A stretch of 64,000 nucleotides of DNA from Deltaproteobacteria bacterium (lineage in GTDB: Bacteria; UBA10199; GCA-002796325; JACPFF01), in contig JACQUX010000041.1 in the NCBI GenBank assembly GCA_016210045.1, positions 72,789 to 136,788 on the forward strand, written 5' to 3'. Below the pieces are notes generated by a model, which saw only the letters and a program-made list of their open reading frames with translations, was not told the origin of the DNA and ran no database searches. Made by a program: the position numbers and the translations under genes. Below, one piece after another: positions 1 through 8,162 of the stretch (position 1 is its first letter; the number at the start of each line of letters is the position of its first letter).

Positions 1-828
1 CTCATCCTCACGCCATTGGCCATGCGGCATCGCTTCGGGCTCCCGGATCGAGCGCGTTTGATCGGCCCCGCGCTGCTCTCCGGCCTTTTCACGATGGGCC
101 TGGCCTGGGCACTCCTTTTTTGGGGGGAACAGCAGCAAGTCGCCCCCGCGGTAGTTGCCGTGTTGAACGCCGCACAGCCGCTGATGACGATGCTCACCGC
201 GCCGTTCTTGGCGCGCCGCCAAGGCCAATTCAGCGCCATGCAACGTTTCGGCATCTTGTTAGGATTCGGCGGAGTGGCAACCGTCTTTTCGCCCCAACTA
301 CAGGGGAGCGACCTCGGCGCACTCTTCGGGATGCTCGCCATCCTCGGCATGGCCGCGTCATACGGAATTGCCGCGCACCTCACGCGCACGCTGACACAAC
401 AGTGGAGCGGCTCGGTCATCTTTGTTTGGCAAGCCAGCGCGTCCTTGCCGCTGTTGCTGGGACTCTCCTGGTGGAACGGCGAAATGTGGCCAACGACCAT
501 TGCCGTGTTGGCCAGACCCGCTGCGACCGTGGGACTCCTCTATCTCGGTCTCGGTTCCACCGCGCTCGCGTTTCTGCTCTGGTATTTTCTGTTACGCCGC
601 GTCGGAAGCACCATCGCCAGCACCGTGACCTACTGCATGCCGGTCGTTTCCATATTGCTGGACAGTCTCTTCTTGCACCGCCTGCCACCACTCCCTGTCT
701 TAGTCGGCGCGACCGTCATCGTCGGCAGCGTAATCTTGGCCCGACATCGACCCACGTGGAAGACTGCTATGACCGCCACTCCACCACGGTGCAGCACCCG
801 CGTCGCATGCGCTGGAGGTGCGGCATGA
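1..828 (+). CDS. EamA/DMT-family (drug/metabolite) transporter, 5'-partial (reading frame is open to window edge)
   Basis: ORF 16..828 translation is polytopic and hydrophobic, with the duplicated EamA-like helix pattern (…LGLGSTALAFLLWYFLLRR…). The frame is open from nt 1, so the gene starts upstream of the window. Confidence 0.65.
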   Translation, partial: LILTPLAMRHRFGLPDRARLIGPALLSGLFTMGLAWALLFWGEQQQVAPAVVAVLNAAQPLMTMLTAPFLARRQGQFSAMQRFGILLGFGGVATVFSPQLQGSDLGALFGMLAILGMAASYGIAAHLTRTLTQQWSGSVIFVWQASASLPLLLGLSWWNGEMWPTTIAVLARPAATVGLLYLGLGSTALAFLLWYFLLRRVGSTIASTVTYCMPVVSILLDSLFLHRLPPLPVLVGATVIVGSVILARHRPTWKTAMTATPPRCSTRVACAGGAA

Positions 829-1496
829 CCTGCTCCAATAAACATACTTCCGACACGATCCGCACGCTGTTCGACCGCTGGGCCATAACCGGCAAGGATG
901 AGCGGGCGGCACAAGATCACGCCCTCGTAGTCTTTCCGGTATTGGACGCACTCGACTGGCAACCGACCGATGCGTTACTCGATATCGGCTGCGGCAACGG
1001 CTACGTGATTCGGCATTTGGCGCCGCGCCTCCCGCACGGGTCCGTCACCGGCCTGGACCTCTCGGCCGCAATGTTGGCGAACGCGCGCGCGATGACACAA
1101 CTCAACATCCCGACGACGTGGCGACATGCCGACTTCATGTCCTGGGACGCAGGGCCTACGCGCTTCGATAAAATTTTCTCGATGGAGGCGTTTTACTATT
1201 TCTCCAACGTCGCCGCCGCGATCCGCAAGGCCGCGTCGCTGCTCCGCCCCGGCGGCACGTTCATTTGCATCGTCGACTTTTACACCGAAAACCCCGCCAG
1301 CGCCTCGTGGCCGTCTCCCTCCGCATGCGGCGTCCCGATGCAACGACATGCAATGGCCGAATGGGCCCAGATGTTCCGTGACACCGGACTCACGCACGTC
1401 ACCCAGCAACAAGTCCGCTACCCGGTCGAACAAGCGACCGAGACGTGGCAACGTGAGGTGGGGTCATTGGTGACGATGGGCACGCACGCCCTGTAA
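825..1496 (+). CDS. class I SAM-dependent methyltransferase
   Basis: The C-terminal 223 aa of ORF 120..1496 start at ATG 825 (MTCSNKHTS…). The SAM-binding motif I is LDIGCGNGY, followed by an acidic loop and LRPGGTFI. The start overlaps the upstream stop (ATGA). The N-terminal part of the listed 458-aa ORF is Arg-rich out-of-context sequence and is rejected. Confidence 0.75.
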   Translation: MTCSNKHTSDTIRTLFDRWAITGKDERAAQDHALVVFPVLDALDWQPTDALLDIGCGNGYVIRHLAPRLPHGSVTGLDLSAAMLANARAMTQLNIPTTWRHADFMSWDAGPTRFDKIFSMEAFYYFSNVAAAIRKAASLLRPGGTFICIVDFYTENPASASWPSPSACGVPMQRHAMAEWAQMFRDTGLTHVTQQQVRYPVEQATETWQREVGSLVTMGTHAL

Positions 1497-1534
1497 CGCC
1501 CATCAACGCATCCTGCTTCGCACAAGCGCGAACT

Positions 1535-2890
1535 TTACCATCGAGGAGGGGACGGCGTGAGCAGTCGCATCCCCGCCTGCTGGGGATCAAACGTCGGAGG
1601 AAAGAGTGTCGTCGTCGAATAGATGGCCCCGGCGAGATGCAAGGGGTCGTTCCCGGCGCATCCATTGCCCGATAGAAATTTAGCGGCCGAGAGATCCAAA
1701 CCGGCGAGCTCTGCCCCCTCCAGGCGAACGGCGGCGAGTCGCGCCCCTCTAAAACGAGCCCAGAAGAGTAGGGCGTGCCGCAGGTCGGGGGGCTGCGCCC
1801 CGGTGGAACCGCTTGTCCCGTTGGCCTTCCGTGGGGCCAAAGTCGATCCAGAAAAATCGGCGCGCACAACTGCGGAGGCCAGCGCAATCCCGTCCAACGG
1901 ATTATATCTGCGCTTGCGCCCCCAACCGCGCAGATCGAGTGCGCGGGAGGGGTCGCCGACGAGCAACCCGGACCAATTGATCCGGGCACTTGGCTCCTGC
2001 TCCAGGAGCGGGACGACCGGATGCAGCGTTCTATTTGCATGCGCGAGGGCATAGTACGACGGGCGGCTGCCAGCCACCCGCACGCGCACAGCAGGGTCTG
2101 GGATCCACTCCTCAAGCGCAATCTCGGCCCCAAAGAGTCGACGAACAACGACAGCCATTCGCAGCATCCGCGTGACCTCGGCAAGTTGCCGTTCGAGCGG
2201 GTGTGCGTCGCCCAGCAAGAGTTGCAATCCGGCAAGGGCCCGCGCCGCCGCCTGGATCTCGCCGCGCGCCGCGTAACGCACGTCCGCTGCGACATCCGTC
2301 GTCCCAAGGTCCGCTAAGAGGTCGGTGCGATGCCCATAAGCCCAAAGACCGTCGAGGGTCGGACGATTCGGATTGGGGCCCTGCTGCAACTCCCGTCGCG
2401 TCTCGACCCAGAGCTCGCGCAGCGCCTCACGCTGCGACTCGTTGACGATCGTATCGATCGCCTGCAGGGCCTGTGACGCAAACACCCAATACGGAGCGGT
2501 TGGATCCCGAAAGAACTCCCCGAGCCGCCCCATGACGGACGGCGCCGCCCGCGCCACGGCCTGCGGAAGCACCGTCCCGATCGGTCGACAGGCCGCGATC
2601 ATCTGGTCGATGGCTCGGCGTCCGGCCGTCACATGCTGCTGCACCCGAAACGCGGCCAGCTGCAGCGCCTGCGTGTCCTCTTTTCGCAGCGGCACGGCCT
2701 CGAGTGGAAAGTGGGCCACTAAGCGACCCACTGTGTCGCGCGATAATTCTTCATCGAGAGAGATCCGATCGGCCCGAATTTTCCGGGCGACTGTCTCCGT
2801 ATGCGGCGATCCGGGCCCCAAAACCACCCGTGCCACGGCCCGCGGCTCCGGCCAAATCCTTCGTTGCAACCGCATCCCCGTCTGTCCCAT
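1535..2890 (-). CDS. hypothetical protein with C-terminal pentapeptide-like repeats
   Basis: 451-aa ORF with balanced composition. The last ~90 aa contain A(D/N)LxGAxL-type pentapeptide repeats (ADFSGSTLA…LEGAELAGLDLSAAKF). The N-terminal domain is not recognised. Confidence 0.4.
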   Translation of the reverse strand: MGQTGMRLQRRIWPEPRAVARVVLGPGSPHTETVARKIRADRISLDEELSRDTVGRLVAHFPLEAVPLRKEDTQALQLAAFRVQQHVTAGRRAIDQMIAACRPIGTVLPQAVARAAPSVMGRLGEFFRDPTAPYWVFASQALQAIDTIVNESQREALRELWVETRRELQQGPNPNRPTLDGLWAYGHRTDLLADLGTTDVAADVRYAARGEIQAAARALAGLQLLLGDAHPLERQLAEVTRMLRMAVVVRRLFGAEIALEEWIPDPAVRVRVAGSRPSYYALAHANRTLHPVVPLLEQEPSARINWSGLLVGDPSRALDLRGWGRKRRYNPLDGIALASAVVRADFSGSTLAPRKANGTSGSTGAQPPDLRHALLFWARFRGARLAAVRLEGAELAGLDLSAAKFLSGNGCAGNDPLHLAGAIYSTTTLFPPTFDPQQAGMRLLTPSPPRW

Positions 2891-3063
2891 ATACCCTCAT
2901 CCTTGTTTCGGCATCGACCCCCGCGCCGGCGATCCGCCGCAGCTAGCGGGTCGGCGGCATGTTGTGGATGACGGCGATCAGGTAATCCGGCCCCATTCAA
3001 GCTTCCTCCAGTCAAGCGAACGACGCGCGACAGGCAACACAGAATCGAGTATAGAGAGTCCCA

Positions 3064-3510
3064 ATGCAACGCACGATCGCCATTGGGGCTGGGTTGGGGA
3101 GTGGGGTGTTGGTCGCGCTGATGATGCGATTGAATGCCACGCTGGGAGAGCACGTCGGCGTCTTAGAATCGTCCGTGATCGTCCATGTCGTCGGGTCGCT
3201 CTTTGCCATGGTGTTGTTGGCGCGCTTGCCACTGACGACGTTTGCGCGACGGCTGCGGGCCACGCCGCGTCGGCTGTGGATCGGGGGCGCGCTCGGGTTA
3301 GTCATCGTCGCGGGCGGCAATTGGGTGATTCCGCCGCTGGGGCTGGCGCTCGCGTCAGCGATTGTGATTACCGCCACGCTCGGCTGCTCGCTGGTGGCGG
3401 ATCATTGTGGGTGGTTCGGACTCGCACGCTTTCCGATGACCGCACGCCGTCTCGCCGGCGTCGGATGCGCGACCCTTGGCACGATCCTGATTGCGCTGCG
3501 ACTGTTATGA
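3064..3510 (+). CDS. DMT-superfamily transporter, YdcZ/DUF606-like half-size subunit
   Basis: 148 aa, 4-5 predicted TM helices, Gly/Ala/Leu rich, typical of paired YdcZ half transporters. The stop overlaps the next start (ATGA at 3507). Confidence 0.6.
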   Translation: MQRTIAIGAGLGSGVLVALMMRLNATLGEHVGVLESSVIVHVVGSLFAMVLLARLPLTTFARRLRATPRRLWIGGALGLVIVAGGNWVIPPLGLALASAIVITATLGCSLVADHCGWFGLARFPMTARRLAGVGCATLGTILIALRLL

Positions 3511-3980
3511 TCGCTCTCTATGTCATCCTGACGATCGGCAACGGAGCGCTGATCACCATCTCTCGATCGCTCAATAGCGCGCTCGGGACACGAATCGGGC
3601 ATTTGGAAGGGTCATTGGTCAATCATCTGGGCGGAATGCTCTGTGGCGCTGTACTCCTGATCGTGGGAGTGCGAACCGGGACGTGGCATGGCGGTCTGCC
3701 GTTTTACTATTACCTCGGCGGCTGCTGCGGCGTCATCTTGGTCGCGGCCAGCAATTACGCTATTCCCCGCGTCGGGAGTGTCGTGATCACGATCCTCCTG
3801 ACGATGGCCCAACTCACCGCAACTGCATGGATGGATCACAACGGCTGGCTCGGTGGCCGCGTCATCCCATTTCGCTGGACCACACTGTGCGGCATGGCAC
3901 TGCTGATCGGCGGTGCATTGTTGACGCATCCGAAACCCAGCACGCGATGGAACGTCACACCGCGGCAGCCATCCCCATAA
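3507..3980 (+). CDS. DMT-superfamily transporter, YdcZ/DUF606-like half-size subunit (second of pair)
   Basis: C-terminal 157 aa of the long ORF 2373..3980, beginning MIALYVILTIGNGAL. It is hydrophobic with TM helices and is translationally coupled to the preceding gene. The upstream 378 aa of that ORF are Arg/Ser-rich and rejected. Confidence 0.6.
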   Translation: MIALYVILTIGNGALITISRSLNSALGTRIGHLEGSLVNHLGGMLCGAVLLIVGVRTGTWHGGLPFYYYLGGCCGVILVAASNYAIPRVGSVVITILLTMAQLTATAWMDHNGWLGGRVIPFRWTTLCGMALLIGGALLTHPKPSTRWNVTPRQPSP

Positions 3981-3982
3981 GC

Positions 3983-4049
3983 GCATCCGATGGGGACAGG
4001 TACCGTCAAACCATTGAAAAACGGGCATCCGACGGTACCTGTCCCCATC
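3983..4049. terminator. Long perfect inverted repeat between the YdcZ-pair stop and the J-PilZ gene; could be a terminator, attenuator or operator.
   Basis: The arm GATGGGGACAGGTACCGTC (3989-4007) has its exact reverse complement GACGGTACCTGTCCCCATC at 4031-4049, with a 23-nt loop. It is followed by AAATGAATTTGG. Confidence 0.4.
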
Positions 4050-4098
4050 AAATGAATTTGGCCTTGGCATCGGCGGGGCGGAACATTATACGGACTAC

Positions 4099-4725
4099 AT
4101 GTCTACTTATCCCAACTACTATGACTTGCTCGGCGTGGCGCCGAATGCGCCAGTGATGGCGATCCGGAAGGCCTATCGCGCGCGGATGCTCAAACTGCGC
4201 AAACACCCCGATCTTGGGGGGTCCAATGATGGCGCGGTCTTGTTAAACGAAGCGTACGCGGTCTTGAAGGACCGGGAGCGGCGCGCCGCGTACGATCGCC
4301 TGTTTCTCGCGACGATCGCGGAACCGCTCGCGACCGCGAAACCGGCGCGCGCGGCAGGTCGGGAGCGCCGACGTGCGACGCGGGTCGGATACGCGGGCCA
4401 TGTGCATGTGCGCGTTGGACGGATCGGCGTCGTTCAACCAGGCCAGTGTCGTGACCTCTCGACTGGCGGCCTGTGTCTCAAAACTGTCGCGGCGTTGCGC
4501 CCCGGCACTGCGTTGGGGCTCGTCTTCGCCGACGATCCCGGGCTGATGTTGGAAGGCGAAGTGCGTTGGGTCCGTCCGGTGCCGCAACGCTTCGGCGCGA
4601 TACTGTACGAAGGCGGCGTGGAATTCACCGACGTCAACTTGCTCCGGTTTCAGCAATTCTGCGAACGGCTGGGGTTGCAAAACGAATTGGCTCAATCGCC
4701 GACGGAACGCTCAGCCCGACGGTAG
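4099..4725 (+). CDS. J-domain (DnaJ-like, HPD motif) fused to C-terminal PilZ c-di-GMP-binding domain
   Basis: The N-terminus YYDLLGV…AYRARMLKLRKHPDLGG…AYAVLKD…RRAAYD is a canonical J-domain. The C-terminus has the RxxxR motif (RRRATR) and DxSxGG motif (DLSTGG) of PilZ. Confidence 0.7.
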   Translation: MSTYPNYYDLLGVAPNAPVMAIRKAYRARMLKLRKHPDLGGSNDGAVLLNEAYAVLKDRERRAAYDRLFLATIAEPLATAKPARAAGRERRRATRVGYAGHVHVRVGRIGVVQPGQCRDLSTGGLCLKTVAALRPGTALGLVFADDPGLMLEGEVRWVRPVPQRFGAILYEGGVEFTDVNLLRFQQFCERLGLQNELAQSPTERSARR

Positions 4726-5511
4726 CGTGGTCCGCTGACGTGGCACGCCGCGCAACCGCACGGCGCCATCTTCCGCCGCTTCCAGTGTATGCGGCAGTAG
4801 CGCAAGATCGTTTATGTTAACGCGCTCCGCGGTCACGACTTCTGGTTCTGCCAACGCGCGCCACAACACCAAGGCCCCGAACCCGAGACTCTCAAGTGGT
4901 CGGGCACCAATATGACTGAGTTGGCCGCCTACACCGTCAAACAGCGGCGATGCGTGGAGTCCAAAAAACGTGGGCACCCACGCCAGAGCCAAGTCGAGTG
5001 GACGACCTGGAAGTGCGACTTGATGGGGAACCGTGTAGACGGCGCCCACTAAGCGATGCGACGCTGCCTGTTGTACTCTGGCCAGTGGAACGGCCTGCAC
5101 TAATCGACCCAGCAATTCGAGTTCTTCGCACTGCGCTTCCAACTGCGCCGTCAGCTGCGGCGCCCACTCCGCCACAACACGGTCGCTGGGATCAACCGCT
5201 GCGCCCGGGCCATCGGGCCGCGGAACGGAGGCCCGGCCGTCTCTGGCCACGTGCGCCACTCGATGGCGAAGAGTCGCCATTTCTCGCGGATCGATACGCG
5301 CGCCATCCAGCACGAGTTGGAATGCAACGGGGTGCCCCTTGGCACACGCTCCCGATCGGCGTGCGATCGTGGCTCGAACCACTGCGGTTTCCAGCTGGAC
5401 CACGTGCGGCACGATCTCCCGCGCCACCTGTCGCAACGCCGCACTTCGGCGCGCCCATCCAGGAAGTTCTCGCACTGCGGAAAACCGTGGCTGACTTGGC
5501 GCTGTCCTCAT
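4711..5511 (-). CDS. hypothetical protein (266 aa), last gene of minus-strand AOS/acyltransferase block
   Basis: Balanced amino-acid composition, whereas the overlapping plus-strand ORF 4950..5528 is a Pro/Arg-rich artefact. No recognisable motif. It is co-oriented 107 bp downstream of the GNAT-like gene. Confidence 0.35.
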   Translation of the reverse strand: MRTAPSQPRFSAVRELPGWARRSAALRQVAREIVPHVVQLETAVVRATIARRSGACAKGHPVAFQLVLDGARIDPREMATLRHRVAHVARDGRASVPRPDGPGAAVDPSDRVVAEWAPQLTAQLEAQCEELELLGRLVQAVPLARVQQAASHRLVGAVYTVPHQVALPGRPLDLALAWVPTFFGLHASPLFDGVGGQLSHIGARPLESLGFGALVLWRALAEPEVVTAERVNINDLALLPHTLEAAEDGAVRLRGVPRQRTTLPSG

Positions 5512-5617
5512 ACGTCTATCCTCCGTGATTCGTCACAGCCGTTTCCATTCCGGAACGGCTCGCTGATCAAGCCGATCTTCGTCTCGACGTCACTGATGGC
5601 GCTCATGCGTTGAAGAA

Positions 5618-6724
5618 TTACAGACGTTGCTCGTACAGGCGGTAGGCCTTCTGGCGCTGGCTCCCAGTAAAGACGGCCAAGTCGTTCATCCCTTTATTCG
5701 AGCCGAGGATCCAGCTGATTTCGCCGTAGGTGTAGCCGGCCACAACGGCGCGCGCAAACGACTCGCGAAGCAGCAAACAGCCCACACCATGTTTTTGATA
5801 TTCGGGGAGAATGGCGATGGCGTACCCACGAATCCCTTGAATGCGGTTCCGGCAGCGCCACATACGATAGAACCCCTTGGGGAACAGGCGTCCGTTACAA
5901 TCGGCGAACAGGTCATTGAAGTTCGGCAAGTTGATCACGGCCCCGACCGGACGCCCGGCCACTTCGGCGATGAGGATGATGCGCGGATCGGCAAGCAGGC
6001 GCAGATCGTGCGCCATTTTTCGCGCATGTGCGGATGAAAATGGCACGAAGCCCCAGTTATTTTTTAGGCCCTCGTTGAACAGTGCACGGAGCAGTTCGGC
6101 TTCGGCATAAAGCCGATCCATTTGGATTTCTCGCACCTGAAATTGCGGAATGCGGTCCGCAACCGCCGCGCGCTCGATGAGGGTCGATGGCAGCGGATGG
6201 TCTTTATCGCCCCGATACGCATGGAGATCCATGACCGTTTGCAGTCCGGCCGCTTCCATTTGTGCTGGATAATACGGTTTTGAGTAGGCCATCATGAATG
6301 TGGGACGATGCTCAAAACCTTCCGTGAGAAAACCGGGCGCCGGATCTTCGAGTCGAAAATTGCATGGGCCGACCATTTTTTGCACGCCACGCACGCGCAG
6401 CCACTCGCTCGCTGCGGTTAGCAGGGCCTGCGCGACAGTCGGGTCGTCGATCGCTTCATAAAAACCGAACGCGCCCGATGGCGCACCGACCGCGTCCACT
6501 TGCGCCGAGATCCGCCCCACGACTTCGCGCCCGCGCCGCGCCAAAAACAGTGCGGCATCGCCTTTGCGAAAATAGGGATTTTTTTTACGATTGAGTCGCT
6601 GCGCAAGTTCCAGCCGCAAGGGCGCAACCCATGCCGGATCGGTGCGGTACAATCGCCACGGCAACGCAAGGAAGCGGCGTTGCTGCCACCACGTGCGCAC
6701 TTGTTCGACAGAGATTGGCAACAT
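5618..6724 (-). CDS. large GNAT-like N-acyltransferase (368 aa)
   Basis: The C-terminal half has acyl-CoA N-acyltransferase-like features (…RIILIAEVAGRPVGAVINLPNF…GIRGYAIAILPEYQKHGVGCLLL…). At 368 aa it is about twice the size of a minimal GNAT, as seen in N-acyl-amino-acid/ceramide-synthase-like or FemAB-like families. It lies 53 bp downstream of the alpha-oxoamine synthase. Confidence 0.55.
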   Translation of the reverse strand: MLPISVEQVRTWWQQRRFLALPWRLYRTDPAWVAPLRLELAQRLNRKKNPYFRKGDAALFLARRGREVVGRISAQVDAVGAPSGAFGFYEAIDDPTVAQALLTAASEWLRVRGVQKMVGPCNFRLEDPAPGFLTEGFEHRPTFMMAYSKPYYPAQMEAAGLQTVMDLHAYRGDKDHPLPSTLIERAAVADRIPQFQVREIQMDRLYAEAELLRALFNEGLKNNWGFVPFSSAHARKMAHDLRLLADPRIILIAEVAGRPVGAVINLPNFNDLFADCNGRLFPKGFYRMWRCRNRIQGIRGYAIAILPEYQKHGVGCLLLRESFARAVVAGYTYGEISWILGSNKGMNDLAVFTGSQRQKAYRLYEQRL

Positions 6725-6777
6725 AGTCAGATTACCGTAGTTTTCTCAGCAGGTTCAGAAGTGGTGATACGTCCCCA

Positions 6778-8040
6778 TCACAGTAAATCGTCGAGGTTGT
6801 AGTACGGCGCGGCAGGCAGCGTGGTGGGGTCGCCGGGAAGATCTTCGCGTCGCAAACGATACGTGGGCGCCAATTTGCGGAACGCTTCGATGATCGTGGT
6901 TAAGTCGGCGCGCTGGTGTGTGGCCATGTATGACGTTCGGATAAGCGCGTGACCATACGGGACTGCCGGATAGGCCACGGGCGTGGCGAACACGCCTTCC
7001 TCGCGCAATGCCATCGCGAGTTTCATCGCACGACCTTCGGGACCGACCCAAATCGACAAGATCGGCGCGGCCGACGGCATTAAGTAAACGCCCAATTCTT
7101 CGAACCCATGCCGCACAAAATGGACATTCTCCCACAATCGCGTGCGGTGCTCCGGTTCACTTTCGATGACGTCGAGCGCGGCCAACGCCGCCGCAGCGTT
7201 CGCCGGCGCCAGCCCAGCGCTGAACCAAAGCGAGCGGGCCTTGTGGCGGATATATTCCATCACGGCGGCCTCGCCGGCAACGAAGCCCCCGATCGAGGCC
7301 AGCGACTTCGAGAACGTCCCCATCAGCACGTCGATCGCGTCCATGCACTGAAAATGTTCGCCGATCCCACGGCCGGTGGCACCGAAAACGCCGAATCCAT
7401 GCGCATCGTCGACATACAAACACAACTGCGGCGTGTCGTGCTTGATCCGCACCAGCTCCGGCAATGGGGCCAACGTGCCCGTCATCGAAAAAACGCCGTC
7501 GGTGACGATCGCCGCGCCGCCGGTCACGGTCGTGGCCGCCACTTGCGCGCGACACGCCGCCGCATCGGCGTGGGCGTAACGCACCACTTGCCCCCGACTT
7601 TGACGACAGCCGTCGATGATCGACGCATGGTTTTCGTCGTCGCTGAAAATGACGTCGCCTTCGTCGAACAGACACCCAATGGCGCCTAAATTGGACATGA
7701 AGCCCGTCGCAAACACCAAGGCCTCTTCTTTGCCGACAAATTTCGCCAGCCGCGCTTGCAATTCTTCGTGCAACTTCAGATTGCCGTTTACTAAACGCGA
7801 GCCGCTGCAGCCGGTTCCAAAACGCCGCGTGGCCTGAATCGCGGCCTCGCGGACTTTTGGATGATGCGTCAGACCGAGGTAGTTATTCGAGACCGCCATC
7901 ACGAGCGTGCGGCCGTCACATTGCACGCGCGGACCTTCCGATTCTTCGATCGGTTGGAAAAATGGATACGCGCCCACGCCCTTCACAAACTGGGTCTGGA
8001 GGCAAAATTCGCGACATTTGTCGAAGAGATCAATTGGCAT
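6778..8040 (-). CDS. PLP-dependent alpha-oxoamine synthase family (BioF/Kbl/Spt-like)
   Basis: The translation is a class-II aminotransferase with the AOS hallmarks NNYLGL, SDxxNHASIIDG, DDAHGFG and the GTFSKSLASIGGF lysine motif. The start is placed at MPIDLF. The listed ORF extends 18 codons further upstream, to 8094. Confidence 0.8.
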   Translation of the reverse strand: MPIDLFDKCREFCLQTQFVKGVGAYPFFQPIEESEGPRVQCDGRTLVMAVSNNYLGLTHHPKVREAAIQATRRFGTGCSGSRLVNGNLKLHEELQARLAKFVGKEEALVFATGFMSNLGAIGCLFDEGDVIFSDDENHASIIDGCRQSRGQVVRYAHADAAACRAQVAATTVTGGAAIVTDGVFSMTGTLAPLPELVRIKHDTPQLCLYVDDAHGFGVFGATGRGIGEHFQCMDAIDVLMGTFSKSLASIGGFVAGEAAVMEYIRHKARSLWFSAGLAPANAAAALAALDVIESEPEHRTRLWENVHFVRHGFEELGVYLMPSAAPILSIWVGPEGRAMKLAMALREEGVFATPVAYPAVPYGHALIRTSYMATHQRADLTTIIEAFRKLAPTYRLRREDLPGDPTTLPAAPYYNLDDLL

Positions 8041-8162
8041 CGATTGGCGGCGGACGCTATACCGACGGGCGCTGGCAGTCAAATGGAGATGCAAGGTCGG
8101 AGAATGATTCGCTCACCAATATTCGCTTTGCACGAACGTGCAGCGCGATTAGGAATCTCCGC

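Noticed and set aside
16-27. Treating 16..828 as a complete 270-aa gene
   Set aside because: The frame is open back to nt 1, and EamA transporters are typically ~290-310 aa. Annotated as 5'-partial instead.
120-1496. 458-aa ORF fusing an Arg-rich N-terminal region with the methyltransferase
   Set aside because: The N-terminal 235 aa are an alternative frame of the EamA transporter gene. The methyltransferase is taken from ATG 825.
2373-3980. 535-aa ORF on the plus strand spanning the 1535..2890 minus-strand gene and both YdcZ genes
   Set aside because: The first ~380 aa are Arg/Ser/Cys-rich low-complexity sequence, typical of antisense or out-of-frame reading in high-GC DNA. Only the last 157 aa, from ATG 3507, form a credible membrane protein.
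4950-5528. 192-aa plus-strand ORF overlapping the 266-aa minus-strand gene
   Set aside because: Pro/Arg/Ala-dominated composition, characteristic of a GC-rich frame artefact. The minus-strand frame has balanced composition.
7857-8162. N-terminal 102-codon extension of the Zn-dehydrogenase ORF (also ORF 7861..8205)
   Set aside because: The extension overlaps the 5' end of the divergent AOS gene and is Arg/Ser-rich. A conventional MDR N-terminus starts at ATG 8163.
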